A stretch of DNA of 64,000 nt from Chiloscyllium plagiosum (taxonomy: Eukaryota), in the NCBI RefSeq assembly GCF_004010195.1, contig NC_057718.1:104654619-104718618 (forward strand), written 5' to 3'. The notes beneath the pieces were generated by a model. The model worked only from the letters and a program-made list of their open reading frames with translations, was not told where the DNA came from and did not search any database. Of this stretch, positions 47,903 through 60,372 are shown piece by piece (the stretch's first letter is position 1; the number at the start of each line of letters is the position of its first letter). The position numbers and the translations under genes are program-made.

Positions 47903-49461
47903 TGAAAGAAAGGTAGGACTTGAACCCTCATCCCACTGTTCCAAGTGGAACAATGGTGCAAGTTAATTCTTCCTTGATTGTCTCAATTATTCTGTGATGC
48001 TAGAGTTGTAACAGTTGAATATAAAACAGCTCAGAAAAGAAACAAGAATGAGAGGGGCAAAGAAATAAACTGATGTTCAAATGAAGCAAGAATGATGTGA
48101 GGAAAGACTTTTTCATCCAGCAAGTGAGAAAGGTCTGGAGTGCACGGCCTGGAAATGTGGTGGAGAGAGGTTCGATTGAGGCAATCGGGAGAGAACAGGC
48201 TGTATTTGGATAGAAATGGTGTGAAGGGATATGGGCAAGAGGCAGGAGATTGACACTAGTGACAGCTGCTCATTTGAAGACAGTGCAGGCACGTTGGGCT
48301 GAATGATCTCATGTAAGCTGTAACAATGCTGTGATTCAGAAACAAGCCTGAACTTGTCTCTGATCAGATTTATCCTTCACACCTGCCCCCCACTTCACCT
48401 CCCCCAATGAGGATACCCCCTCCCTGGTCTCTGATTATCCAGCAGCCCCCTCTTGGGAAGGCAGGCTGGAAGGGATAGCCTCTGCTGTCCTCTAAAGAGC
48501 CTGATGGACAGGCCTTGTGATGTGTCTTTATGCTCAGAGCCAGCACTTTCTTGCAAAGCCTGGAATTTCTATCTGTTTTGTCTAAGACGCATCCTATCCT
48601 CCCTGTGCTATCCCAGACTCCCTGTTGTATCCTAGTGTTATCCCAGATCTCCAAGCAGTGACCCAGACAATGTGTACTGTAACCCTGACTATGTCTCAGT
48701 GGAGACCTGGAGTCACTGGGGGTTGTCCCTGTTGGAAGGACGTGTTTATGAACTTTGGGCTGAGTTGGGATAGCTCTGACAGCTCGTATTCAACATTGTA
48801 TCTTAGAAACAGATAGTGGGAGAAATTACCCAAAGGCAGCAAAAAGAGAAAGGTGAGGCAAGGGTGAATGCTGGTGAGGAAGACAGAGAGTGAAAGTTTT
48901 GCAAGTGCTTTTCTGAGGCATGATGCAAGCCCCTGCAAACAATATCTGTGAGGGGTCAGTGTTTAGGGAGCATGGATTTAACCTGATTGGTGGGAGGATG
49001 AGAAGGGGATGAGGTTACATTGTTTTCATCCAGAGGATTGCAGGAGTCTGGAGCTAACTGGGTCCATACGGATTTAGAAACTGAAGCAATTTACCAATCA
49101 TTCAGTTCCAAGTATTTACAGGATGAAGGATGACAGTCATTATCTTGGACAACATTCGACTTTAAAACTAATGTCTTCCAAATTTTATTTCCAGTGGAGG
49201 TTGAAAAGTGATAAAAAGCAAAAATGAACTGCAGTCCAACAGTAAAAATAACCCTTTCATTTCCAGTCTGTCCACTGTTTACAATCAGTGTATTCCCAGA
49301 TATCCATGTAATCAAATATTTCTCCAATTCCACTTTAAACATTCCTGTTGGACCTGTTCCCACTGCACGTTCCATATCACCGCAACTCACTGTATCATTT
49401 CACCCAGCCTTTTGTGTGTTAGGGGCCAGACCAACCCCCCTCAAATTATCAAGGAGATAGG

Positions 49462-49779
49462 ATCATAGACTCTCTGCAGTGTGGAAACAGGCCCTTCGGC
49501 CCAACAAGTCCACACCAACCCTCCAAAATGTAACCCACCCAGACCCATTCCCCTACCGTCTTATCCTGTATTTACCCCTGACTAATGCACCTAACCTACA
49601 CATCCCTGAACACAAGGGCAATTTATCATAGCCAATTCACCTGACCTGCACATCTTTGGATTGTGGGAGGAAACCAGAGCACCCGGGGGAAATCCACACA
49701 GACATGGGGAGAATGTGCAAACTCCACACAGACAGTCGCCAGAGGTTAGAATCAAACCTGGATCTCTGGCGCTGTGAGT
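49462..49779 (-). mobile_element. HE1-type SINE (5'-truncated)
   Basis: Reverse complement of the body at 2350-2570. Confidence 0.82.
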
Positions 49780-49805
49780 CACCCTAACTATTATCTAAAG
49801 GCCAG

Positions 49806-50351
49806 TGTAAGATGCTGTGTTCCAGATGTGATTCAATTGGTCACACTACTCGGCTTTAAGCAAAACCCATGTTATTCTTAGCCCATAGTTAAAACACAAA
49901 CAAAGGATTGACATAACTTAAACTCTAATGAAATAATTAACAAAATAATACTACCAGTTATCAACTGTTCCAATATAGCAGCATCCCATAAACACACCCT
50001 TGGCAAAGCCAAACAGATTTCCTTCGCTTGCTATCCCGCCCAGTCCAGGTGAAGGAACACTAACAGAGTGAATCCAGCAGCAGAGAGAGAGAGAGCTGTA
50101 TCGAGCAGCTTCAACTCCAAAACCCCAACTCCAACTGAAAGCAAAACCAAAACCCTGGGCTCGGTGTGAGCCTGACTCCACCCACTCATCCTTGCTTTCT
50201 CTAATTTTTTTTTAAAAACCCAAAGCTATTTCTTCTGCTTTCCATGGGGCAGACACCTCGGCACCAAGTTTACATCATCCCTCCGCATACCACCCCTCCC
50301 CCACCCCAAGAAAGGACAGGCAAACCCCTCTTAAAGGCACATTTCGTCACA
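49806..50351. mobile_element. Possible solo LTR (TGT...ACA)
   Basis: Starts TGTAAGAT and ends TTTCGTCACA; no matching TSD seen. Confidence 0.3.
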
Positions 50352-50981
50352 TTTGTCAATTTACACAAAATCCTGTGGCCCCCTCCTTTAGTGACGCTCC
50401 TGTCAGTGAAAACAATTTCTCTCCCTCTCTAATCCAATAAAGACCCACACAATCTTGAGGGGTTAACCCCCTTTTAACCTTTGTACAATAGGGGGCAGTT
50501 TCTATCTAAGAACGTTTCTAAATAAAAGACATGTCCAATTGGCCCTTAGGCCCATGTTTGATTCTGAATAGAGCCCAGTCTACCTCCAATGACCCTTAAA
50601 GGTTAAAGTCTCTGAAAACATTTAAGTGAGTTGCTTCACACTGCTATTATGCAGTAGTCATATGAGTGGTGTTCACCACCAACAGGAGGTTACCATCAAA
50701 CCTTGCAGTCTCTCACACTGATAATGTGGGTCTGAGGTTCACTGCTGGTGTGGCTCCAGGTGTCTAGGCTATCTGTCCCAAAGACTGGCCAATGGTATCA
50801 ACCAGCAGGCCCCTTTGGCAATAACAAAGGTACTGACCACACTCAACCCCTGGCAAAATTTACAATGCGGTGTCCAATATTAGACATGATTCTGCCTTTG
50901 GATAACATTTGCTGCAGGAGACTGAATAGGCAAAGAATCATACTGACAATCAATTTAATATTGGTCAGGCTTCAGCATGGC

Positions 50982-51262
50982 ATGTCTGTGTGTGTGTCTG
51001 TGTGTGTGTATCTGTGTCTGTGTGTATGTGTGTTTCTGTCAGTGTGTGTGTCTGTGTGTATCTATGTGTGTGTGCTTTTCAGTTTGTTATCGACAATACG
51101 TATGTATGTGTGTGTGTGTGTCTGTGTGTGTGTATGTGCGTGTGTGTCTGTCTGTCTGTGTGTGTGTGTGTGTGTTTCTCAGTATTTTTCAAAGGGAAAT
51201 ATCACTGTACATATTTNNNCTGTCTGTGTATGTGTGTGTTTCTGTGTCTGTGTGTCTGTGTG
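50982..51262. repeat. Degenerate (GT)n/(GTCT)n microsatellite
   Basis: Direct inspection. Confidence 0.9.
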
Positions 51263-52179
51263 CTGCAAACTACAGGGCCCTGTACAGGAAGAGTATGTAT
51301 CCACACTACACTTGCTTCACTCAACAAAGAAGGAGCCAGGCCCCCTCACCCCGCCACCACCATGTACTTTCCCAGGCCAATGTGCAACCAACCAGAGTCA
51401 ACCTGCCTGGTTTAAAATTCTACAAAAACTGGCAGTTAACTGTCAATCATCATTAACTGATGAATAATCATCATTCATGCCTCCATGGCAATACTCTGAC
51501 AAATCAAAATCTACTTTCCAACTACAGCACTCATATTCAGTGTTAGTTCTGGTGGGAGAATGATTGAATTGAATTTATTGTCACGTGTACCGAGGCACAG
51601 TGAAAAGCTTCTTGCATATTCTTCTGAAGAGTGCAAGATGAAAAGGTTTGATAAAATGGATCTTTCTTTTCAGCAAAACTCAAGCTCTGTAGAAGCTAAT
51701 AACAGTTTGTATCTCAGGAATCGGTGCCAGTTGATGAGAAGTGTGCAGTTTTGATCCCGTAACATGGATCCCTGTTGATATGGCTTTATCCTGAAGCTGT
51801 GATGTCATGTCAACCAAACGAATGAGTAAGTTTCACTTTTACCAGCATCTAGTTCAGATCTTCCAGTTAGGACCCGGTGGATATTTCATCATCATTTTAA
51901 TTCAGTGTCAAGTAATATGCCTGAGGATGATGCAACATTCCTGCTGTGTTACTATAGCTACCCTATATGGTTAAAAACAGGAAGGATGCTGCTATTTGAA
52001 ACTGTTAAACCACAAATAATCTGCTTCAGCCAGGCGGTAGATTGTTCCATTCATCACAATCTCCTCAAATAGTTTGCAACTCTCAGTTTGGAGGAGACTC
52101 CAGCGCTGAGATCGATTTCACAACCTGATCCCATGGGCTGTCTTCTCAGATCGGCCAATTAACATGTCACCCCGGCTCC

Positions 52180-52657
52180 TTATCTAAGGAAGGATCATTA
52201 GAGACCGTTTCAGAGAAGGTTCACTCAGTTGATTACAGGGATGGAGGGTCTGTTATGAGGTGAGATTGAGTAGGTTGGGCCTGTGCTCAATGAGAGCTGA
52301 CCTTATTGGAATGCGCGAGACAGGGGAGATGTGGAGAGGTTATTTCCCCTTATGGGAGAGTCTAGGACCAGAGGGCATCATCGGGTGTTGCATGTTGAAG
52401 GCAGAAATGAGAAGGAATGTCTTCTCTCAGAGCGGGGTGGATCCATGGAATTCTGTACCACATAGGGCTGTCGAGGCTGGGTCATCAAGTATATTCAAGA
52501 CTGAGACAGACTGATTTTTAATCAGTCAGGGGGAAGCAAGGGTTACGGGAAAGGGCAGGAAAGTGGAGTTGAGGGGGATCAGATCCGCCATGATCTCATT
52601 GAACGGCAGAGTAGACACGATGGGCTGAATGGCCTACTGCTGCTCCTATATCGTACG
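52180..52657 (+). mobile_element. CR1 3' fragment
   Basis: EMRRNVFSQSGVDPWNSVPHRAVEAGSSSIFKTETD plus tail GGGCTGAATGGCCTACT. Confidence 0.75.
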
Positions 52658-54055
52658 GTCCAGCGATGTACATTACCCACAGTTATACACAACTGTTTAT
52701 CAGTGCTTTGGCGGACTCTGTGCAAGTGTGTCATTTGTTCCCTGAAAAAAAACAATAGAGGTATTTTTGATTTTATCGAGAACAATACCTAGCGTCTTAC
52801 TCTGAAACACTTCTCTTATTGTACCCACAGGCCAGGAGTGGCGCTGGCTGGGTCAGCAATTATTGCCCGTCCCCAGCTGCCCTGAGAAGGTGCTGTTGAG
52901 GTGCCACTTTGAAACACTGCAGTCCATGGGTTGAGGGGCACCCACAGTGCTGTTCGGGTTGAGGGGTTTCGATGGACCGAATGGTTTACTTCTGCTCCAA
53001 TTCTGTCTGTTTGTACAAGGGAGGGGGCAGGTTTGTGGAACTTCTGGAAGGCTCTGGCTGCAGAGTGTTGTTGGGGGAACACACTGGAACCTGCTTCCCA
53101 CATTCTGCTGCTCCATAGCAATGTCCCTAATCACCATAGAAACCACACAGACTCTGTGTTTCCATCATAACCCAAGGTATATTCAAATGTTTCCATAGCG
53201 ATCGCACCCACAGCCTCTTCCAGCATTGTCATTGGGTGGCAAGTTGTACATGTGCCAAGGGAGGAGGGCACACTGGCATCTCCACAAACTGGGATGAAGG
53301 ATTGAATTTCCCAGTACGGGAATTTCTCAGCACAAGGGCCCACCTGGAAACCACCAACAGGCAGACTGCTGCCTCACACCAATGTCATACAAACTCTGTA
53401 CTCTGTCAGTAATCCGCTCTGTAACAGCCATCATCCTAGGTCCCCAGCTCCCCATGTCCTGCTACCCTTTGCCCTCTCGTGGAGATCAATGTGGTTCCTT
53501 GGTTCTGATCAAACAGCTGAAATATTGGCACTTTCTTTTCAGAATTTCGCTTATTAAGTTCACTTTCCTCTTGCAATCTCAAACACCTCTTCACTCATCT
53601 CAAGTTCTATATAGGATTTTTAAAAAAGTCTGCCTTGACATTTAAAACATTTTTCTTGCATTAACAGATTGTAAGTTAATGTCCCAGTTTTTGTTGTGGA
53701 CAGACATGTGGATGAACAGAGTATCTGATGAGACTTTCCCCTTGTTCCACCATCAAAACATTCATTCTGATTTCTTCAGACTGTTATCGGGTTTCCCGGG
53801 GGACTTACACCCCGTTGCTCCCCTTTTCAACTTGTTCCCATTTCCCACTTTCTGCTGATTTGTTGCTTCTTCACAAACACAAAGGGTGACAGAGGAAATA
53901 TAGTGTGAAAATAAAATACTGCAGCTGCCACAAATCTGAAACAAAATCAGAGAGTGCTGAAGAAACTCAGCGGGTCTGGCAACATCTGTGGGGACAGGAA
54001 CAGGGCTAATGTTTGGAGTCTGCATGGAGCGTGATGTGTTGATTCAGATTCACAG

Positions 54056-54147
54056 ATGGAAATGTGTTGCTGGAAAAGCGCAGCAGGTCAGGCAGCATCT
54101 AGGGAACAGGAGAATCGACGTTTCGGGCATTAGCCCTTCTTCAGGAA
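54056..54147 (-). mobile_element. Hammerhead-containing mini-insertion, 16-bp TSD
   Basis: TSD TGATTCAGATTCACAG at 54040-54055 and 54148-54163; minus-strand core CTGAAGA-A-GGGC-TAAT-GCCC-GAAAC-GTC. Confidence 0.82.
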
Positions 54148-54556
54148 TGATTCAGATTCACAGCCAGACGTCAGGTCTCATGCTACATCCATTTTTGAAG
54201 AGCCGCTGTTTGGATGGGACGTTTGGAGGAGAGCACATGCTGACAGAACAGTGTCCTCTTACAATCGAGTGCAGGGAGACCAGCCTGGAAAAAGAGGATT
54301 GAAAAAACGGAGGTAAAATGATTAAAAATGTGGAGCTCGAGCTGCAGATCTCAGACACCGCAAACAACAATTCACAGCTGGGCCCGCTAGAGAGGATCTC
54401 CAGGGCCTTCTTGTGGCAGTGTCACTACCCCTGGACCGCGAGGCCCAGGTTTAAGTCCCACCTGCTTCAGAGGTGTGTAATAACATCCACGAACAGGATA
54501 ACTTCAAACCATGGTGTCAATTGCCATCAGACATGTCTGAATATTTATTCCCAAAG

Positions 54557-55321
54557 AAACAGGCATTTGGTTCAGTGAGCTGGAGAGTCCTTGAACCTTG
54601 TGTTGGTTCTGGGTATTTGCATCTCCTCTTTGGTTTTCTGAGAAAAAAATCCTTTCACTGTGCCTTTGGTCATAATTCAGCCCAACAATCCTGATATTTG
54701 GGCACCCGGGGAGGGCAGATCGGAGGAGCTCCCTGTGGGTCTGCTCCTGGGCCTGGCCAGGCTGGTTATAAACAGGTCCAGGCAGCGAGCCATGGAGGGG
54801 GTGGTCATCCCTGCCAACTGCCTGCCTGTCTTCTGCAGTTACCTTTGTGCGTGGGTGTCCTTGGAAAGGGAGCACACCATGTCCACCAATGGTGGGCACT
54901 GAAGGGTACAGTGCTTTAATTCCCCTCCCACTCCATCCTAAACAGGCATTTGGTTCAGTGAGCTGGAGAGTCCTTGAACCTTGTGTTGGTTCTGGGTATT
55001 TGCACCTCCTCTTTGGTTTTCTGAGAAAAAAATCCTTTCACTGTGTCTTTGGTCATAATTCAGCCCAACAATCCTGATATTTGGGCACCCGGGGAGGCAG
55101 ATCGGAGGAGCTCCCTGTGGGTCTGCTCCTGGGCCTGGCCAGGCTGGTTATAAACAGGTCCAGGCAGCGAGCCATGGAGGGGGTGGTCATCCCTGCCAAC
55201 TGCCTGCCTGTCTTCTGCAGTTACCTTTGTGCGTGGGTGTCCTTGGAAAGGGAGCACACCATGTCCACCAATGGTGGGCACTGAAGGGTACAGTGCTTTA
55301 ATTCCCCTCCCACTCCATCCT
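54557..55321 (+). repeat. Tandem duplication (383+382 bp) of a Tx1-type ORF2 C-terminal fragment
   Basis: Units 54557-54939 and 54940-55321 differ by 2 substitutions and one 1-bp indel. Confidence 0.9.
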
Positions 55322-57352
55322 GAGTGAGCCCCTTCCCCAGTTCTCTACCTCTTCCTCACCTACAGAATTATTGCACTGTCCCTGATGGTCTTTGCAGGTA
55401 ATGTGATGCATTGGAAGGACGGGTGGTGAATGAAGGTGAAAGGTTACACAGAGCTGAGGGGGTGCATTGGCTTCAGAGTGAAAGTGCTTCTGTATATAAA
55501 CCTCACAGCCACTGACCTTGCAGTGGGAACACAGTGAGCTGTCAGCTTTGGACCCATCCCTGACCTCAGTCTGATCATTTAGACAAAGGAGTCTCATCGA
55601 CACCTCACCAGCTGATGCAATAAAGCTCACAATTTCACTTTTGTGACATCAATCTCGAAATAGCCAAATTTGTTTAATGAATTCTTGAAAGAGCGTGTAT
55701 TTACATGAGCCCTTCCTGTACAGACACAAGGTCAGTGCTCAGTGCATGGTCCTTCCCAGGAGACTGGTGGATTTTTCGGTGTACCATGGTTTCCATGGAG
55801 ATACCTTGCTCCAGTGTAGTTTTCCCAGTTTATTAAATATGTGATTATTCCTGATGATGTTCTTACTGTCGCTGCGTGTCACTATAACTCTTTGTTCCTG
55901 GTCAGCAACCCCATTGGACTAGTTTTGCAGAAAAGAGATGATTTTGTGTATTTTGTTTTAACGTGATAAAGTAGTTCAGTACAATGTCATCTTGAATCCC
56001 ATTACTTTCTCTAAACCTTGTTCGATTCATTAATTTTTATGCAGGAGTTTTCAGAGGTTTTGGTTGTGGATTTTTGCGCATTGNNNNNNNNNNNNNNNNN
56101 NNNNNNNNNNNNNNNNNNNNNNNNNNNNNNNNNNNNNNNNNNNNNNNNNNNNNNNNNNNNNNNNNNNNNNNNNNNNNNNNNNNNNNNNNNNNNNNNNNNN
56201 NNNNNNNNNNNNNNNNNNNNNNNNNNNNNNNNNNNNNNNNNNNNNNNNNNNNNNNNNNNNNNNNNNNNNNNNNNNNNNNNNNNNNNNNNNNNNNNNNNNN
56301 NNNNNNNNNNNNNNNNNNNNNNNNNNNNNNNNNNNNNNNNNNNNNNNNNNNNNNNNNNNNNNNNNNNNNNNNNNNNNNNNNNNNNNNNNNNNNNNNNNNN
56401 NNNNNNNNNNNNNNNNNNNNNNNNNNNNNNNNNNNNNNNNNNNNNNNNNNNNNNNNNNNNNNNNNNNNNNNNNNNNNNNNNNNNNNNNNNNNNNNNNNNN
56501 NNNNNNNNNNNNNNNNNNNNNNNNNNNNNNNNNNNNNNNNNNNNNNNNNNNNNNNNNNNNNNNNNNNNNNNNNNNNNNNNNNNGGAGGGCTTCACCCCAA
56601 ACACTGGAAACGCTGAACAACAACAAGCCAGACTGAATGTGGCCCAGACAGCCCATGAGCTGATCAACATGGTGAGACTTCACCCAGAACACTGGAAATG
56701 TTGAACAACAAACCATCATGTTTCTGAAGAAAACAAGTAGCCTAAGCCATTTGGAGGAAACAGCAGCTGCCCCCTCCAGCTACACGCCTGATTGGTCAGG
56801 TTGGGTTTGCGAATAGGGATAGCTCCCCTATTTGACCGTGAGGGTTATACCAGGAAGGGCTGGGTTTAATGATGAGTCTTTTTTTTCCCTATCCAGAGTG
56901 CTCTTAGACACAGCTCTCACCATCACCAAATCACCCTGCCATTTCCTGTTCCTTTATCTATTAACTGCCCCCAACAAATCACCCGAGTAGCCAATGGGAT
57001 ACTTACTGATGACCCCTAACACACTGACCAGTGTGGAGTGCATCATTTCTCCCTCCAATTCTATTTTGATTTAGTCCCTACCCTCCCCTTCACTGAAAAA
57101 AAAAACACACTGACCAGTGTAAACCAGGTGCTGAGCATGGAGTTAGGAAATGCAACACATCTGAAAAATGCCCAGGCTTTATTAATAGAACATTGGAACC
57201 ATGATCAGGAAGCAGAATATTTGATACCCCTCCATACGCTTCGTAAAAAGGTTTGGGGGGAAACCCCAGGAAAATTCCAACCTGTTTCCCTCCACAGGTC
57301 CTGCCTGAGGTGGCGGCTCGTCCCTGGACTTCCTGGTTTTGCCTTTCTATTT

Positions 57353-58212
57353 AGAGTCATAGAGATGTACAGCATGGAAACAGACCCTTCGGTCCAACCT
57401 GTCCATGCCGACCAGATATCCCAACCCAATCTAGTCCCACATGCCAGCATCGGCCCATAGCCCTCCAAACCCTTCCTATTCATATACCCATCCAAATGCC
57501 TCTTAAATGTTGCAATTGTACCAGACTCCACCACATCCTCTCGCAGTTCATTCCATACACGTACCACCCTCTATGTGAAAAGGTTGCGCCTTAGGTCTCT
57601 TTTATATCTTTCTCCTCTCGCCCTAAATCTGTGCCCTCTAGTTCTGGACTCCCTGACCCCAGGGAAAAGACTTTGCCTAATGACCCAATCCATGCCCCTC
57701 ATAATTTTGTAAACCTATATAAGGTCACCCCTCAGCCTCCAACGCTCCAAGGAAAACAGCCCCAGTCTGTTCAGCCTCTCCTGTAGCTTAAATCCTCCGA
57801 CCCTGGCAACATCCTTGTAAATCTTTTCTGAACGCTTTCAAATTTCACAACATCTTTCTGATAGGAAGGAGACCAGAATTGCATGCAATATTCCAACAAT
57901 GTCCTATACAGCCGCAACATGACCTCCCAACTCCTGTACTCAATACTCTGACCAATAAAGGAAAGCATACCAAACACCTTCTTCACTATCCTATCTACCT
58001 GCGACTCCACTTTCAAGGAGCTATGAACCTGCACTCCAAGGTCTCTTTGTTCAGCTACACTCCCTCGGACCTTACCATTAAGTGTATAAGTCCTGCTAAG
58101 ATTTGTTTTCCCAAAATGCAGAACCTCGCATTTATCTGAATTAAACTCCATCTGCCACTTCTCAGCCCACTGGCCCATCTGGTCCAGATCCTGTTGTAAT
58201 CTGAGGTAACCC
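57353..58212 (-). mobile_element. Young CR1 ORF2 3' fragment
   Basis: WAEKWQMEFNSDKCEVLHFG...EQRDLGV...QFWSPSYQKDV...VRVWNEL. Confidence 0.92.
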
Positions 58213-58286
58213 TCTTCGTCTATCTTTTGGGTCTCTCTGAAAACAGAACATGGTTTCCTCGCCTGTCAAAGTCCTTGATAAATGTA

Positions 58287-58512
58287 AAAAACAAAAGTAT
58301 TGCGGATGCTGCAAATCAGAAACAAAAACAGCAATTACAGGACTGGAAAAGCTCAGCAAGACTGGCAGCATCTATGGAGAGAAAGCAGAGTTAACATGTT
58401 GAGTCCAATTTCTGACAAAGGGTCACTGGATCCAAAACTTTAACTCTGCTTTCTCTCCATTGAAGCTGCCAGACCTGCTGAGCTTTTCCAGCAATTGCTG
58501 TTTGTGTCTTTG
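58287..58512. mobile_element. Decayed palindromic Penelope terminal-repeat insertion
   Basis: Inverted arms CTGGAAAAGCTCAGCA.../...TGCTGAGCTTTTCCAG; core degenerate. Confidence 0.65.
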
Positions 58513-58779
58513 ATCAATATCCCCGTCAGAATCCCCACCCCCAATCTGTCAGGTTGTCCCTGATTGGTATAAACTCCTTGTTCACACATCCTGCAACAAT
58601 CTGCTCTAGCCTCTCTGAGCCTAGTCTGGATTACAGGCACTGTGTTCCATGTCTAATCTCAATAAGATTCTACACAATGTATTTGCTTTTTCGTCCCGTC
58701 CCCTGAATGATACGTCCTAGCGGTTTGTCTATTTGCTTCCCCACGCTCAACAAATGAGGCATTGAGAAAGTAGATCGGA

Positions 58780-58872
58780 ATGAAGAGCGTGGCGATGGAA
58801 AAGCACAGCAGGTCAGGCAGCATCCGAGCAGCAGGAGATTGGACATTTCGGGTATAAGCCCCTTCATCAGGA
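58780..58872 (-). mobile_element. Hammerhead-type terminal-repeat fragment
   Basis: Minus strand CTGATGA-AG-GGGC-TTAT-ACCC-GAAAT-GTC. Confidence 0.65.
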
Positions 58873-59796
58873 GTCATGAGACATTGATCTAGAATGCTGC
58901 TGCCTTATGCCCACAGTGGAGCTGGGTGCATTCCCAATGAGCTGACCCCGAGCAGCAGCAGCAGCTGGTTTGTATTGGAGCTGCTGTTCCCAGCCAGTGC
59001 TGCCCTCGGCAGGGTTTGCTGCTCATGTGACTCCAGGCTGACTCTGTGGTTTCGGTTGCCTGCTTGTGGTCATGAATGCACCAACAGCAACAAAGACAAA
59101 AGTCTGCTACAGGCGCCACTGAAAATCGGGTCTGCAATTTCATTCTGACTCCCAGCCTGTCGGTACAAGCAAGACAGATCTGACACTGGCAGCAGCTCAA
59201 GGCCAGAAATGTTTAGACTAGAATGGATTTTGTTTTTAAGGAACATACACACAGATCCTGGTGTTCCAGCAGTCTCTCTCTCTCTCTAAGAGAAGTTTCA
59301 TAACCGGAAAAAGCAATTGAACAAGTGGCTAGGGGCTGGGTTATGGAAGCTGTGGGTTCGCCTGTAGACAGTTACCTGGCTCTGAGCCTATCAGAGTGAC
59401 TGTATCAGCTCACAAGGCCAGGTCCTCTCACTTCACCGAAACTCCCAAGTTCAAACACAGCTTCACTTTCCTGTAACAACTTGCCCGGACAGTGACAGCA
59501 CACACAAGCATCAGCTGCACTCTGGAGGAGGTGTACTCTTTACACGTTGCAACTTACAGGGTCTGCAGCAACAGAGAGAGTTGGGGGTGTCTCTACACAA
59601 AAAGGTGCAGAACTAATTCAGGCAAAAACAGAAAGAGCTGTGGATACTGTAAATCAGAAACAAAAACAGAAATAGCTGGAAAAGCTCAACAGGTCTGGCA
59701 GCATCCGTGAAGACAAATCAGAGTTAACTTTTCAGGTCGAGTGACCCTTCCTCAAAACTGATGGTACCTGGCTAGGAAGGGTCACTACCCCTTTTG

Positions 59797-60372
59797 GGCA
59801 GCACGTTGGCTCAGTGGTTAGCACTGCTTCCTCACAGCACCAGGGACCCAGGTTCAATTCACAGCCTCGGCTTCAGGTGACTCTCTGTGTGGAGTTTGCA
59901 CATTCTCCCAGTGTCTGTGTGGGTTTGCTCTGAGATTCCTCCCACAGTCCAAAGATGTGCAGGTTTGGTGGAAAGGCCATGCTAAATTACCCGTACTGTG
60001 CAGGGACGTGCAGGTTAGGTGGAAAGGCCGTGCTAAATTACCCGTACTGTGCAGGGACGTGCAGGTTAGGTGGAAAGGCCGTGCTAAATTACCCGTACTG
60101 TGCAGGGACGTGCAGGTTAGGTGGAAAGGCCATGCTAAATTACCCGTACTGTGCAGGGACGTGCAGGTTAGGTGGAAAGGCCATGCTAAATTACCCGTAC
60201 TGTGCAGGGACGTGCAGGTTAGGTGGAAAGGCCATGCTAAATTACCCGTACTGTGCAGGGACGTGCAGGTTAGGTCCATTAGTTAGCTGGGTGGGTTACT
60301 CTTCAGAGGGCCAGTGCGGACTTGTTGGGCCGAAGGGCCTGTTTTCACACTGTAGGGAATTCTCTGATTCTA
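59797..60372 (+). mobile_element. HE1-type SINE with an internal 51-bp x6 tandem amplification
   Basis: SINE head at 59797; unit GTGCAGGTTAGGTGGAAAGGCCATGCTAAATTACCCGTACTGTGCAGGGAC repeated 59957-60272; normal tail follows. Confidence 0.9.

Noticed and set aside
50455..50500. Short palindrome GGGGTTAACCCC and CTCF-like AATAGGGGGCAG (similar motif at ~1133)
   Set aside because: Partial motif matches are expected by chance; there is no independent support.
55330..55640. Faint resemblance to a Harbinger transposase on the minus strand; 7300-8700 possibly a Harbinger Myb-like remnant
   Set aside because: Too degenerate to support without an HMM search; no TIRs found.
56584..56720. ~89-bp imperfect direct repeat beside a gap, checked for a hammerhead core
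   Set aside because: CTGATCA does not fit CTGANGA and there is no clean stem II; probably the edge of an unresolved tandem repeat.
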